Below, in pieces: positions 24,373-37,637 of a stretch of DNA of 64,000 nucleotides. The DNA comes from Saccostrea echinata. Lineage: Eukaryota. The notes below the pieces were generated by a model. The model did no database searches. It had not been told where the DNA came from and was given only the letters and a program-made list of their open reading frames with translations. The position numbers and the translations under genes are program-made. Numbering within the stretch: position 1 is the first letter of the stretch; every line of letters begins with the position of its first letter. The stretch is from positions 29,388,001 to 29,452,000 of the forward strand of contig NW_026889765.1 in NCBI RefSeq assembly GCF_033153115.1. Direction: 5' to 3'.

Positions 24373-26078
24373 ATGATGACAGACGATATCGCAGCTGCCT
24401 TATACCATGCTGTGGACAAGAATGACGTAACAAAACTTCGTCATTTAATTCAGGAAGGTGCGGATCCTAATGAGAATTATAATGACAGTCCTGCGTTGTC
24501 TTTTACGATCCTCCACTTGTGTTGTGGAAAAGGACATTTAGAAGCCGCCAAAGTACTCGTGGAAGCTGGTGCAAATGTTCAATCGCGTGACGTATGGGCC
24601 ATGACACCTTTCATCCATTGCATCATTTCTCAATATAAAGACGTAGTCGAATACTTGTTAACAGTTTGTCCTCAGCTAGTAAACCAACCGGACAAATTCG
24701 ATAAGTCACCTCTTCATTTTGCGATAGAATCAGACAATGTGGACATTTTTGAATTGCTCATTAAGTGGGGAGCAGATATTAACAGAAGCACGATGTATGG
24801 TATAACGCCTCTTATGTTTGCATGTATAACACCAAAATTATCCAACAGAGAAGATATGGTTCGAATCCTTATAGAGGAAGGAGCCCTCGTGGATTTAAAA
24901 GATTTCCTAGATTACAGGACTGCACTTCAGGTACATAAATTATTAGAAAATAAAAACAAATTCCTCACACAATGAACGTTACAGCAATAATTTCTGTGCT
25001 TCTTTTTAAAACATATAATAAATTATATTTTTGGGGGATTCCAATCATTAGTAATGATAACCCACCACCGGCAATCCCCCCATTTACAATTATGATAGTA
25101 GTGTTTGATTTGGGGAATATTTACTTTGTTTCACCAAGTAACAGGATTTCCTTTTTATTTTAGTTTGCTGTAACAAAAAGACACACAGATATAGTGTCCG
25201 TATTGCTGTCTGCTGGTGCGGATTCTAATAGTTTAGACAAGGGTGGAAGTACGCCCCTCACAAATCTCATGGCTTCTTCAATCCGCGCCACGTGTCTGGA
25301 TCCACCCGTAGGAGATGACGTCATGACAATTATTGTTCTTCTGCAGCAAAAGGGAGCCGAATTAAATACAAACAAATGCGAATACAGTAATCCACTCATG
25401 GTCTCAACTTTACTGAAGTCTGCCACACTCGTAGAATATTTCCTGGGTTGCGGAGCAAATCCAAATGTTAAATGTAAGCAAAATTGTTTTAGATTTTTTA
25501 AAATGTTACTTCAGTAATTTCACAAATAGCAGGTTATTCGTCGTTGTTGATGTTAGTATTCTTGCTCTGTTTTTTTTCCAATGATTTTTTTTTTTTGGAT
25601 AACATATAAGAATTATAAATCTCTTTCAGTTGTTTCTGGAATATCACCTTTATTGGCTGCTGTGGGTAACAGAGACTTAAACACAACACGCCTCTTGTTG
25701 AGACATAATGCAGACGTGAGTGCAAAAGCCATGGTATGCCGGAGAAGACAGGAAGAACGTCTGTTTGACCCGTTTGAGTTAGCTGTCGATCTTTTGCAGT
25801 GGGACATTGTGGATATATTGATTCATTATGGATATAGTCTCTCTCAGCACAAATACTTACAAGATTCCCTTTACTCAGAAACAGCGCCCGAATCCCTCCG
25901 CGACCACCTCTCTGTTTTGACTAAACTGCAAACACTGGCGAGTTCGCCTTTCTCTCTCCAGAAAATTGTCGTTTTGAAAATTAGACGTATCTTGAAATAT
26001 GAGATATCTGAAAAGGTGAAAGATCTTCCATTGCCTGCTTCTTTAAAAATGGCATTATTATTTTTGGAAAATTTGTGA
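24373..26078 (+). CDS. Ankyrin repeat and SOCS box-containing protein (ASB-like), paralog B, 3 exons
   Basis: join(24373..24930,25164..25473,25630..26078). Same intron positions and phases as paralog A. SOCS box PFSLQKIVVLKIRRIL...LPLPASLKMALLF. Confidence 0.88.
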
Positions 26079-27178
26079 CATTTTTCTCAATCTCTCAAAT
26101 TCTTTTTATGTCAGTTATTCAATTTCTGGATACGCTCATATCTTATTGATAAAATAACTTGCTTACAATCCTGATTATAATTCATTATTCGGGTATTAAA
26201 TGTGTGGACATCAACAATCATGAATAATTGTAGAATTCGAGAAAATACCCACCCACCCCACAATCCCCACCCAATATGCCACTAGTGAGAAAAACTGGAG
26301 CAGTTGCAGTCCATGAAAAAATACATGATTCAATCATTGTATATGTTTTTGTAATGTTATGCTCTTTTTCTAATTTAAAATAATGCTTTCATATGATTAA
26401 AACGCTTATTCTTAGGCATGCGCAAAGCTTGACTGCGTGTTCTTCAGTGAAAACGTAATATAATTGTAATACCCTCAATACTTACAAGTAAAAAATATAC
26501 TGCATTTATGTTACACACAAATGTTATCTTACACATGTAATTTCAGTTTTGAACAGCATAAACATTGAGTTTCAAGGGAACATGAATTTTCTTGAATATA
26601 CATACGATACAATTATCGTCGAATATAGATAAATAGAGTCCGATTGTACAGTGCATGTCTATGTTATTTTTTTTTCAGGCGAATTTCACGTCATTTCCAA
26701 ACATGTACGTGAAAGTATTAATTTGAGGCAATATGTAGCAAGTTTGAATTAAGGTTCATCGATACTCTGATAAGAAAGATAACTCTTAATGACATAAATG
26801 TCTATAATTCCTTTATAATCTTGTCGAAGTGTCTTTTTGTCTAATTTTCTCCCGCAAGCAATGCTATAATTGTTTGTATTTTACTTAAAAAATACATTTC
26901 TTTTGGAAAGTCATAGCAGTTAAAGAAACATTTTATATGAGTGAGAAGAGGGTTTATGAACCTTAACATTGCTGTATATGTATAATTGTATCATGCATTT
27001 ATCAAAATAATGAAATAAAACTATCAAACTATTTTTTTCCGGTTTCTTATCGATGACATTTTGAGAGTAAAAAAAAACAGTAATTTGAATTTGTTTGAAT
27101 TCATAAAGTTGTTTAAATCTTATTCATATTTTCCACTTCAAAAGGGAAAAAATATGATTTTTTTCTATAGAGCTTGCA

Positions 27179-27181
<3 letters not shown>

Positions 27182-27268
<87 letters not shown>
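27182..27268. repeat. (TA)n microsatellite
   Basis: Pure ta run. Confidence 0.95.
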
Positions 27269-27269
<1 letters not shown>

Positions 27270-28297
27270 GTTGGGCATGTGTTTCTATCTTTCTACAATG
27301 TGTGTCAGGTATACATGTATTTTCAATGTGCTGCTCTATACATTACTCATACACTCATACATACGGCTTTGGTGTTCAATAGTATACTATGTTTATAAAA
27401 ATGCTCTCTGCATCAAACAGACCCGATAAGTACTACCAAAATAATAAGAAACCTGGCTAACTTTCAATACATTCCTCTCTTGATTGTCCTTCATTGTTCG
27501 TATTTTTACAATTGATTGTTTAGCCTAGCTTATGCTAATTTTTTTCATAATGAGGGGGTATCCAGTATGCAACATTTACACCAGATCCTCCTTAAAATCC
27601 AACTGATTCTTCTTTACCCCATGATACTTTTTGACCGGAAATATTAATCTTCATCAACTTCGATATCAGAAGAGCATCCCAACATTGGTAAACGTTTATA
27701 TTAACCTCCCTGATGTTAAATCAATTTTGACATTAAACCAAACTTTTTATTTACCAATTCCCATTTCAAGAAACGCAGAATAAAATTGCGTATGTTTCAG
27801 AACAAAATTCCGATCATATTGTTTTCATTACTACTCGCGTTGATAAGAAACACCTGTTTCTATCTTTCTCTGTTGGATTGTAAACAATGTGTGTCAGGTA
27901 TATGTATTTTCAATTATTTATTTATTATAACCTAAAGTAGGGTATTATGTATGAAATAAGTTTAATGAATTTGACATATTTGCCTTGGCGGTCCAGAATA
28001 TTAATGCATTTCTGTTCAACTTTTTCGAGGGGCGGCACATACATGTACACCTTTATTTATACCTATTTAATGACAAATTTGTTTTACCAATAGTTGCGAA
28101 GATGTTGATACATGTAGTACCGGATACATTTTTTAAAGTTAAAAATAAATAAAAACCTGAAATACAAGATAGCAACAACATAGAGATAAAAATATCCAAG
28201 AAATTTTCAGCTTTTTATTAAAATCAAAAATACTAATTTTAATCATTTTTGTAATTTTTCTGAGAAATGCTATATTTACATACCATAGGTGAAAATA

Positions 28298-31200
28298 ATG
28301 GAAGAGGACATAACTGCTGCGTTATATCACGCCGTGGATAATAATGACTTAATAAAGCTCAGACACTTATTACAAGACGGTGCTAATCCTAATGAAAGAT
28401 ACACCGGAACTCCGTACGTTTCTTTCACAATTCTTCATTTGAGTTGTGAAAAAGGAAATTTGCATACCACTCGAGCACTCGTTGAAGCTGGAGCGGACGT
28501 GTTATCACGTGACACATGGGGGATGTCACCTTTGATCCACAGTATCATTTGCCAACAGGAAGATGTCGTGGAATATTTGATATCAGAATGTCCGTCTTCC
28601 TTGAATTTCCCGGATAAATCCGGCAAGTCACCACTTCATTTTGCTATAGAGTCAGATAATGTGGCTATTTTGAATTTATTGATAAGATGCAATGCCGATA
28701 TTAATAAGGAGACAGTACAAGGTGTGACTCCATTGATTTCTGTTTGTCAGATACCAAAGCTGACAAAAAGAGAGACTATAGCTAAAATTCTTATTAAACA
28801 AGGTGCTGTTGTAGATTCCAAAGATGCATTAGATTACAGAACGGCACTTCAGGTATAAATTCCTGCTTCAATATATGAGGTATATCAAAATGTACAATTG
28901 ACAGATTTTGAATAACTCAGTAAGTGAATTAGGCAGTAGGCAATACTTAGGTGATGAAGGCAAATCTTAACTTCTTTTAAAATATATAGATGTATATATG
29001 CCTTTTATTTTTTCTTATTATTATTGAGCAGAATCAATAATTTGAGCATACTGAAATATATCTTATCCGTGTTCAGTGGTATTTCTGAGTATGGCTTTAA
29101 AGTCTTGATTTTATTGACCAATGTTCCACAACATGCAGGTTATATTTTGGCGTTTCCAAACACAGCTGATAAATTAAATTGAAGAAAGTAGCGTTTGTCA
29201 CATCATTTTTCCCTTTTCAGATTTCATTGACAAAGCGGCATTTGGACGTTGTACCCCTGTTGTTGAGGGCTGGAGCAGATGTCAATACGGAAGATAAAGG
29301 TGGCCATACACCGTTAACTAATTTAATTTCGTCATCGGTTCGTCCCTCCTGTGACGTGATTGGCGATGACGTTATAGAAGTCATGACACTCTTAATCCAA
29401 ATGGGTGCTAACCTGAATTCGAATAAGTGCGAGAACAGTAACCCTCTCTTGGTTTCTACTTTGCTGAAATCTGCTAAATTTGTGGAGTATTTTCTTGCTT
29501 GTGGGGCAGATCCTAACATTGAGTGTAATTTTGTAATTTTTTAATTTATTCAAATGTCCTATACACATTTTTTGATATTTATTATGCAGAATTTGTACAT
29601 GACAATCAATTGCCATATACAAATTTTGCATAAGAAACCGGAAATTAGCTTTCGAAGCAGGGATTAGTTCACTTACAGTGCAACTATTGCAATCAAAGCG
29701 ATTTGTAGGGAATTGTTCACATCTAACAATTTAATTTTACATAGGAAAAAATCAGTAGAGGTATAATAAGAAAATGTAATCGAATGACTTCTTTAAAAGA
29801 TACAGAAGGTATAAGTGTTAGGTTTTCTAAGTGGGAGAACGGACTAAATTGATGTGCAGTAAATGTTGGATATAGATGTAATTCTATAACACATATAAAT
29901 AGATAAAATGTATTTTTGGGGTACGCGGCTATGATAAGGCTGTCCGAAGAATGTCACAATGTACCGGCCGTAGTTACTTCTCTGAACTACCTAGATATGA
30001 CGTCATAATGGCATATGACGTCAAGTCACTGCAAATTTGAGCAGACATGATGGGGAAAGTGTCATAACTTTTACATTCCTTTCACATCACATGTAGAATT
30101 TTTTACGTTGATGTTTAATTCATGTGTCTGGATTGTTGTTTTAAGACTGTTATGATGGTGAATATTTGCAGTAGAATATCGTTATTACTTTTTCTTGTCT
30201 AACATGTACGTATTCAAACAATTACAAAAAGAAGAATGTGAAATGCTCCCCTTTACAGGTCCGTAGACAGAGTAAGAATTTATGAATCTTATGTATATTA
30301 GACTGGCACAAGTGTATAATAAGGATTAATTGAAGATATTCTGTGTGAATCTACTATGGAAATATGTCCTCTAACTGAATTTTGCTGGGGGATTGTATGT
30401 CATTTATCCTATTTTGTATAAATTGTGATGAAGAGTTGAAAATGACCCCTTGTATATGGGTAAGTTGAATTTCTCGTGCAATATTTTCTTAAGAAATAAA
30501 ATTCAGACTTGCCCCCAGCGCTTTATATATACCCAAGAATACGTTTAATTAATTTGTGTAACAAGCCGTTCACAATAATTTTGTTTTTCACTTGTGCCGA
30601 TGCGATTTTTGTGCAACATTTAAGAAAATTTGTGTGTCCGTCACGTGATCAACACAGTCATGTGACATCACAAAAATGCGTTTCTATAATATCTTATTCA
30701 ACCCTCTTTACAATTTAACTGTGTATGTATACATAGATTAAAAATTGAAATCAAAACATAGTTCAATATAAAATAGTATATATCTAATGCATATAAAGCC
30801 TTCGGACAGCCTTAACATAGCTGCGTATGTTTACCCAAGATTTTTCCCCGTCCACTTGGAGTAAAATATAAATCGTATATGATCGACAAGAATCCTTGTT
30901 CTGAAATTTTGGTTGGCATGTTACATGTGTATATCCCTGACCTTCCATGATCTGAAATAGTGTGTAACCAAACTATTACAAGGTAAATTTACATGTAGAT
31001 TATCCAAGCTATCTAGAGAAGGGTGGATATGAACTAAAATATTACGAATAATATCGAATTTTCAAATTTTATTTCGTTGGGTGAGAGTTGACCTTCTTTC
31101 TTTACAAGATCTGTAGGATTTTTCTAGAGCGATCGAGGATCCAAAGTCATCAGGCATTCTTATAGCATTGGATACAATGTAGATTACTGTACAGTACTGT

Positions 31201-31794
31201 GTAAATGGGACATGAAAACCCTATGCTGTGATTCAGTTCTCCATATATATTTCTCTCCCTGGATTTTCCCTCATGATCAGATAATTACAACATGTTACAT
31301 GTATAGGTAATATTTTCTCGTTATTCTAAAAATATCATTTTTTTTCTTTTACAGTCTCGTCTGGTATTACCCCATTGATTGCTGCAACTGGAAACAGAGA
31401 TCAGAATACGGTACGACTGCTGTTGGAACACAACGCTAAAGTTGACCCTCCGGCCTTGGTTTCCTACGGGAGACGAGAGAGGCGTCTATATGACCCCTTT
31501 GAATTAGCTGTTGATCTCTTACAGTGGGATATTGTGGATTTACTGGTACAATATGGATATAATCTCTCTCAGCATGATTACATGCTAAGTATGACTCCGT
31601 CCGACAGAACACCCGTGGCCCTCCTCAATAATCCTGATACACATGACCGTTTACGGAGAATTGCATGTTCTCCGCCTTCATTGGAGAAAATCGTCATTTT
31701 AAATGTGAGAAAGATTCTTGGTTTAAATCTTCTGCAAAAAGTTCAAAAGCTAGTGTTACCTTATGATGTGAGAAATAAACTTGTGAACCTTTAG
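28298..31794 (+). CDS. Ankyrin repeat and SOCS box-containing protein (ASB-like), paralog C, 3 exons
   Basis: join(28298..28852,29221..29524,31355..31794). Same exon structure. SOCS box PPSLEKIVILNVRKIL...LVLPYDVRNKL. Confidence 0.86.
29922..30827. mobile_element. Non-autonomous DNA transposon (~900 bp) with 28-bp TIRs in ASB-C intron 2
   Basis: tacgcggctatgataaggctgtccgaag at 29922 is the inverse of cttcggacagccttaacatagctgcgta ending at 30827. Confidence 0.65.
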
Positions 31795-32439
31795 AGCATT
31801 TGATCGTCTTTTCTCTGGTGTTCTAGAAAGGAAGATTGTATTTCCTTATCTGTATCTATTATTCTAAGTGTTATGCAATGGTCTGTTTTCTCTAATCAAA
31901 AGCAAGATAATCTCATCCCGTAAATTTATAACCAAATTGAATGAATATAAAAATTTTGGGTATTTAATGAAAAGTGTTGAAATTTTTTACTTGCAGGGTA
32001 ATTTAGGTTTTGTAAACCTGGAACATTTTGACGTTGCTTCTGCTTCGTCTTCTTCAAAGAAATAATTCAAATAATATTAATACTAATATAATTATGAATT
32101 TCAAGTCAAAGAGTACTAGAACAATATGGCTAAGAACACCTTTTGCGAAGCTGAGGTCCGTCCTTGTCAAGTCCATCCCTTTTAAAGGGGGGGGGGTAAT
32201 AATTAAATATTAAAACAAAATAAACTGATAGATGAAGATATGAACTTAGTTCATGGCCTTAGGAACCTGGGGACGGGAGATAGAATACTATAGAAAACAT
32301 ATCTGCTATTGATATGCTTATGCCCCCCCAAAAATAACGTCTGATGACCTTTTTTTTCTTGTCAAGGAATTTGGGTAGTTGATAGTGCACCCCCTCCTCA
32401 AATGAAAATGTATCGTTGTGCCCCCCCCCCCCTCCAAAT

Positions 32440-33180
32440 CTGATCATGAAATTGCCATGAATTTCACAATTTTGTAAGGGGCACCCTTGCTATTTATAAC
32501 TATTCAATTATTTTATCTGCTAAATATCTAGAAGCAGAGATTTTCAAAGAATTTATGCATTTCACCATATGATCAATACAGCCCTGTCCTAATACCGGAA
32601 TGACAGTCTCAGACTATTCTAGAATTTCTAAATTTCGGATGAGGCACTCTTGCTTATAATAACCATGCACTTTATTTGCTTAATACCCTGGAACAGAAAA
32701 AAAAATCAAAGAATTAATTAATATTTACCGCTACGTGGTCAATAAAGCTCCACCCAACACCTGAACCCTTGGGCAATGAATTTCATATTTTAGGTATATA
32801 GGCAACTTTGTTCATCATAACCATGCATTAAGTTTGTCTGTTTAATATACAGGAGGGAAGGAAGGAGACTTTTTAAAGAATTATTGCATTTTACTACTTG
32901 TTCAATAAGGCCCGTCCTAGCACCAGAACCTCTGACCCAGGGGGCTTGAATTTCACAATTTCGGTACTGGGCTCAATGCTTATTACAAATATGAATCATA
33001 TAATTGTACATCTGGAATTATAATGAAGAAAATTTTTGAAGATTCCATTAATGGTTTTAGCTGCATCCCTCAGACCTTGGGGCACGGACCTTGAAATTCA
33101 CAATTTTGTCCCTCTTTGTCCATTGATGCTATATACAAAAGTTGGTTCGGTGGTTCCAGAGAGTGACTCAGGTAACCTAA
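32440..33180. repeat. Degenerate HINE-type core repeat array
   Basis: Recurring ccatgaatttcacaattt / cttgct.at.ataaccatgca / ttttcaaagaatt.atgcattt units. Confidence 0.55.
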
Positions 33181-34351
33181 AAAAAAAAAAGAAAAGGGGA
33201 ATTTGCCAAACTTCAAACCTTTATTTCGTTAAGTGGAGGAGGGTGATGAGTGGTTGCACCAGGCAAGGAAAAATTATCTTCCAAGTTGAGGACAGATTAT
33301 TTATTTTCAACATTTTCGAGGATTAAATATTTCCAAAATCTGCCTGCCCCCTCAGAATCAAATGGTCGCCTCCTCAGATAACCCTAAAGATTCTTGGAGG
33401 CGAGCAGAAATAATTAAACAGTTTAATATTAGTGTAAAGATACGTACTACATATAGTACACTATTACATTGCTAGTAACAATTCCAGGAGGAGGAAAAGT
33501 TATTTTTATAGCTAAAAAGGTGTTACATTTCAAATTAATCGAAAGAATTAAAAACATGATAAGCTGCTCATTGTACGCTGTATATGAAAGAAAGTAATAT
33601 ACATAACGATAATTTTGGATGATATCTAATATAATATTCTATGTTTCATACATTAGATATCATTATTTCGATTTCTACGGTAATGCTCATTATATTTATT
33701 AACATTCGCAAGAGGCCGGATACACTCCAAAAGTAAAACATCTGTTCCCATTATCGTGTTTTGTCTTCAAATAATTAATGAACAAAATACATGATTGTCT
33801 TCTTTCTTTGGAAATCTCTCAGGAAGTATGAACTGATGAATGAGTAAATTGAATTTCATCGGATATAATTATTTAAATTCTTATAGTATATAAAACTTTA
33901 AAAGTGTCACAATATTGAAAACTTTTACTAATTCATTTTTTTAATAAAATCACCAATGGTTTACCTAAGAAGGGTAAAAGCAAAGCTTAACCGACAGGTG
34001 CTAGAGGACGGGACCCCCCCCCCCCCCCGTTCCGTATCCTTTTTATGACTTTTTTTTAATATATATAAAATATTTTTCTACAACACATTCACAAAGTATT
34101 ACAATTGAAAAATCCTAAATTTAACCTGAAACTAATCTTTTTATAAAAATTCACACTCCCTGATACTTTTAACAAAGAAACATATTTTATTTATGTTTCT
34201 GACATTTAGTAACACAAACAAGAAATTAAATTTTCTGAAGTTCAACAATATACTGAAAATTGGTAAACCTGATACATTTTGTACTTGCCTTCTAGACACT
34301 TTAGATGTGGACGAGTTGCGTCCCATTTTGAACTCTTCAGTTAAATTCAAG

Positions 34352-37300
34352 ATGGCTACCATTGGTCTGTTGAGGGCCTGCCGAGGTATATATTCAGTAA
34401 ATTAATAAGTTTTCTTGGCCAATATTGATTTCTCTAGTGATAAACATGTAACAGTGGGTGATTTTTGCACATGTTAATATTTTACTGGTTAATAGATACG
34501 TATGCCATATTTTCTAAATGCGCCACTCAAACACAAGGTCACGAAAAAGAGGATGTATTTTCTGTTTTAGCACTTTCCTTGTCTGTGTTATTTTATTATA
34601 ATATAGTATGTATTATGTATTTTACTAAGATCATTCAAGTGTTACGATATAACTTTTTTACTCTCTTTCAAAATACATTGCATGATCAGAACACATAAAT
34701 AACTGATCAAGGTTGTTTGATCACGTAAATTGCATAATAGTGCTGAAATTCATGAAGTTGGCTTATTTTCTTCTTCTTTATTTTCATATTATCATATATA
34801 GGCCTATTTCTATCATATTATACTTTACTTTAAGGAAAAAAAACATGAGAAATTATATACAAAAACAAAAATGATTATGAAACGACTAACTTTTTTTTAA
34901 GTGTCAGTTACACAAGTAATAAAGCATTCAGTGCCACAAAATATGCTTTTCAGAGATGATGTTTCTATGATCTACAGACAATGATTATCAATCAATAGTT
35001 TGCTAGAACCAGTGTTCAGATATTAGTGTCAACTGGGTTTGTCTGTGGAAATGGGCTTTGAATGGCCTAGTTTTTTTAAAACTACATTTTTTGGATTGTA
35101 TCATATATTTACTTAGTTAGCAACAAATTAATACAAAGTTTTATAATACGCAAGTTTCGAGATTATCTCCCTTGGTGCACTCTTTTGTTACGGAGGGGAG
35201 TTTTGTTTCTGCGTAAGCAGGCAGGTTGGACATTTATATTGGATACATTACATCATCATATACCAGTCTATCATAACTGATTGTCGGGTGTACTTATTAC
35301 CGAATTAAAGTAAAGGCGTCAATTTTTTCTACGAAAAAATAATGGAACAAAAGAACATAAAAATCGGAACATAAGAAAATATCAGTGGATAAAACATCAA
35401 ACGAGGGAATAGATCTATATGGATCTCTAATAAATACACACGCACCTGATCACTGTACATCGGCATTCTGAATGACTTTTTTTCTTTATAATAACTTCAA
35501 AGAGCCCAATAACATTTTAGAAAAAGGTTTGTACAATCAAAGAATTATTTTCTTTTATAAAGACCATGATGTACAGTTCTTTCGTTTTCAAGTATCCTAT
35601 AACTGAAAGTAACTTTTGTAAATATATATAGAAGAGCTTTACAAAATCATCAAAATGATCACTCCTTAGCATTAGCATCTTTTTAAGCCATAACCATCGT
35701 TCTTTTATTTATGCAAGTTTGTATACATTAACAACCTGTCCCACTTCCATGCTGATATAAATACTTTTTGTATTGTAGGAGAGTTACAATCTCGAAACTC
35801 ACGTATTAATCAGGACATCTATCAAAGATACTAGTAAATGTTTACTTGATGCTACACATTGTACTCACAGGGAAGTAAACATGCAATCAATCATATAACA
35901 TCATAAATTTGTAGCAGTTATTCAAGTCATTTTTTCAGCAAATACCAACTTGTTGTCCTGTAGTAAACTTTATCTCCCATAAATTAAATCAGAAAAGAGA
36001 AAATGGGACTTATATCATCAAATTTATGCCTGGGTTTCTGATACCCATTTTATAAACACTTCTCAAAAAAAAAAAAAAAACAAAAAAAAACTTCCTGTTA
36101 ATTAGAATCCCAGGATAGTGTAAGTTTCTAAGAAAATATTAAGAAGTTATGGTTGGGGGTCAAAGATTTCGGTAAAAATATATATGCAATATTTATGATG
36201 TAAAGGATGTCATCTTCCAAGACCTCTTGTAAATCACTACTGTAGAAATAAAACTAAAATATGAGGAAAATATGTATTTTAATCTTACGTAGCTATTTAA
36301 AACATCTATGTTCAAGCCTGATGCAAACCTGAGCAGTATTTGATTTTTGTCTGATAACAGAATGATACAGTATTCACAAATTGACATGTTTAATAACATT
36401 AATCAGAATTTTCATGTCTTACAGGAAATGGCTGCTTATTAATGAAGAACAGTTTGTTTCACCAAAAACTTCCTGCAAATCTTCAAAACAGTCTAATTAC
36501 CAAACATTTTTCCCTGACACCTGTTGCGAGCAGTAATGCTGTTGTAGAGTTCTTCAGAGCACGGAACTTCAGGGCAAAGAGGGGTCCATTTAGACCAGGT
36601 AGGAGAGCAATGTTTATGAGAAATATTATGTTTACACTACAAGAGTAAGATATGATATTGGCAAATAAAAACTATTTATTAGATGATAAAAAGATAAAAA
36701 TCTAGCTGTTGTGTTTGAATATCTGTAGAGGAGAAGCGAGGAGACCATGCCATGATGGCGTCTACACACTGGAAGATTGAACGTGCACTAGCCATCAGTA
36801 TGTTGGGAGTAATGCCAGCTTGTCTCTTTGTTCAGGGACCCATCATGGACACATTATTATCAATAACAGTTCTTTTACATGGATTCTGGTAAGAAAGCCT
36901 TTTATCAAATGATGAAGTTTGTTAACATGTACAGCAAAACTCATTTAATACAAATACAAACATGGATATGGTGAATTTATGGATAAAGTGAAGTTTTTTG
37001 GGATTCTGCTGCAAAATTCTTAACAATTCTTTGTAAAAAATTTACAGTTAAATTGAACTCTGATATAACAAATTAATGGATATATAGCAAACTGATTTTG
37101 ATTCCTGTAGAGGTTAAAAGTAACAAAGTTGAATTTTATATAGCTAATTTTTAATATCTCAAACTTAAAATATTGAGCAGTGACATTAATTTTTGTAGTA
37201 TTTGTGTTTGAAATTCATTTGAAAAATTTAATACCTCAAGGTAAATTTTGTATTTGATACTTCCCGGCACATTTTCAGTGGTCATGCATGAAGGAAATCA

Positions 37301-37637
37301 TGCATATTGCTAATTCGCTGTATATATTTTAAGGAATTTGTAATACCAAATTACAGATATTGCAAAATAATTCACAGGTTCCCAGGACTTCGCTATATCA
37401 GAGTTTTACTTTATCTATTTCTTGTGAGAAATGTTTAACGTCTGAATATTTTATATTAAGAGTGTTTTATTTTGTAGGGGTGTGGATGGTGTTCTCACAG
37501 ATTACCTGGAGAAATTTGTTCCTTGGATCCACTATCCCTGGTATCTGATCACTATAGCAGGACTAGCTGGACTTTTTTACTTTAATTACAATGATGTGGG
37601 GGTCTGTGAGGCAATCAGAATGGTTTGGAGAATGTAA
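34352..37637 (+). CDS. SDHD: Succinate dehydrogenase cytochrome b small subunit (CybS), mitochondrial, ~175 aa, 4 exons
   Basis: join(34352..34385,36425..36598,36729..36888,37478..37637). Arg-rich presequence MATIGLLRACRG. Motifs ASTHWKIER, LHGFWG (heme His), VLTDY (quinone Asp-Tyr), GLFYFNYNDVGVCEAIRMVWRM*. The start context caagATGgc is YY1-like. Confidence 0.92.

Noticed and set aside
27061-27429. ORFs with IYIYIY runs (also 47362-47634, the SLSLSL run in 5294-5740 and the ERERER run in 42492-42677)
   Set aside because: Artefacts of translating dinucleotide microsatellites.
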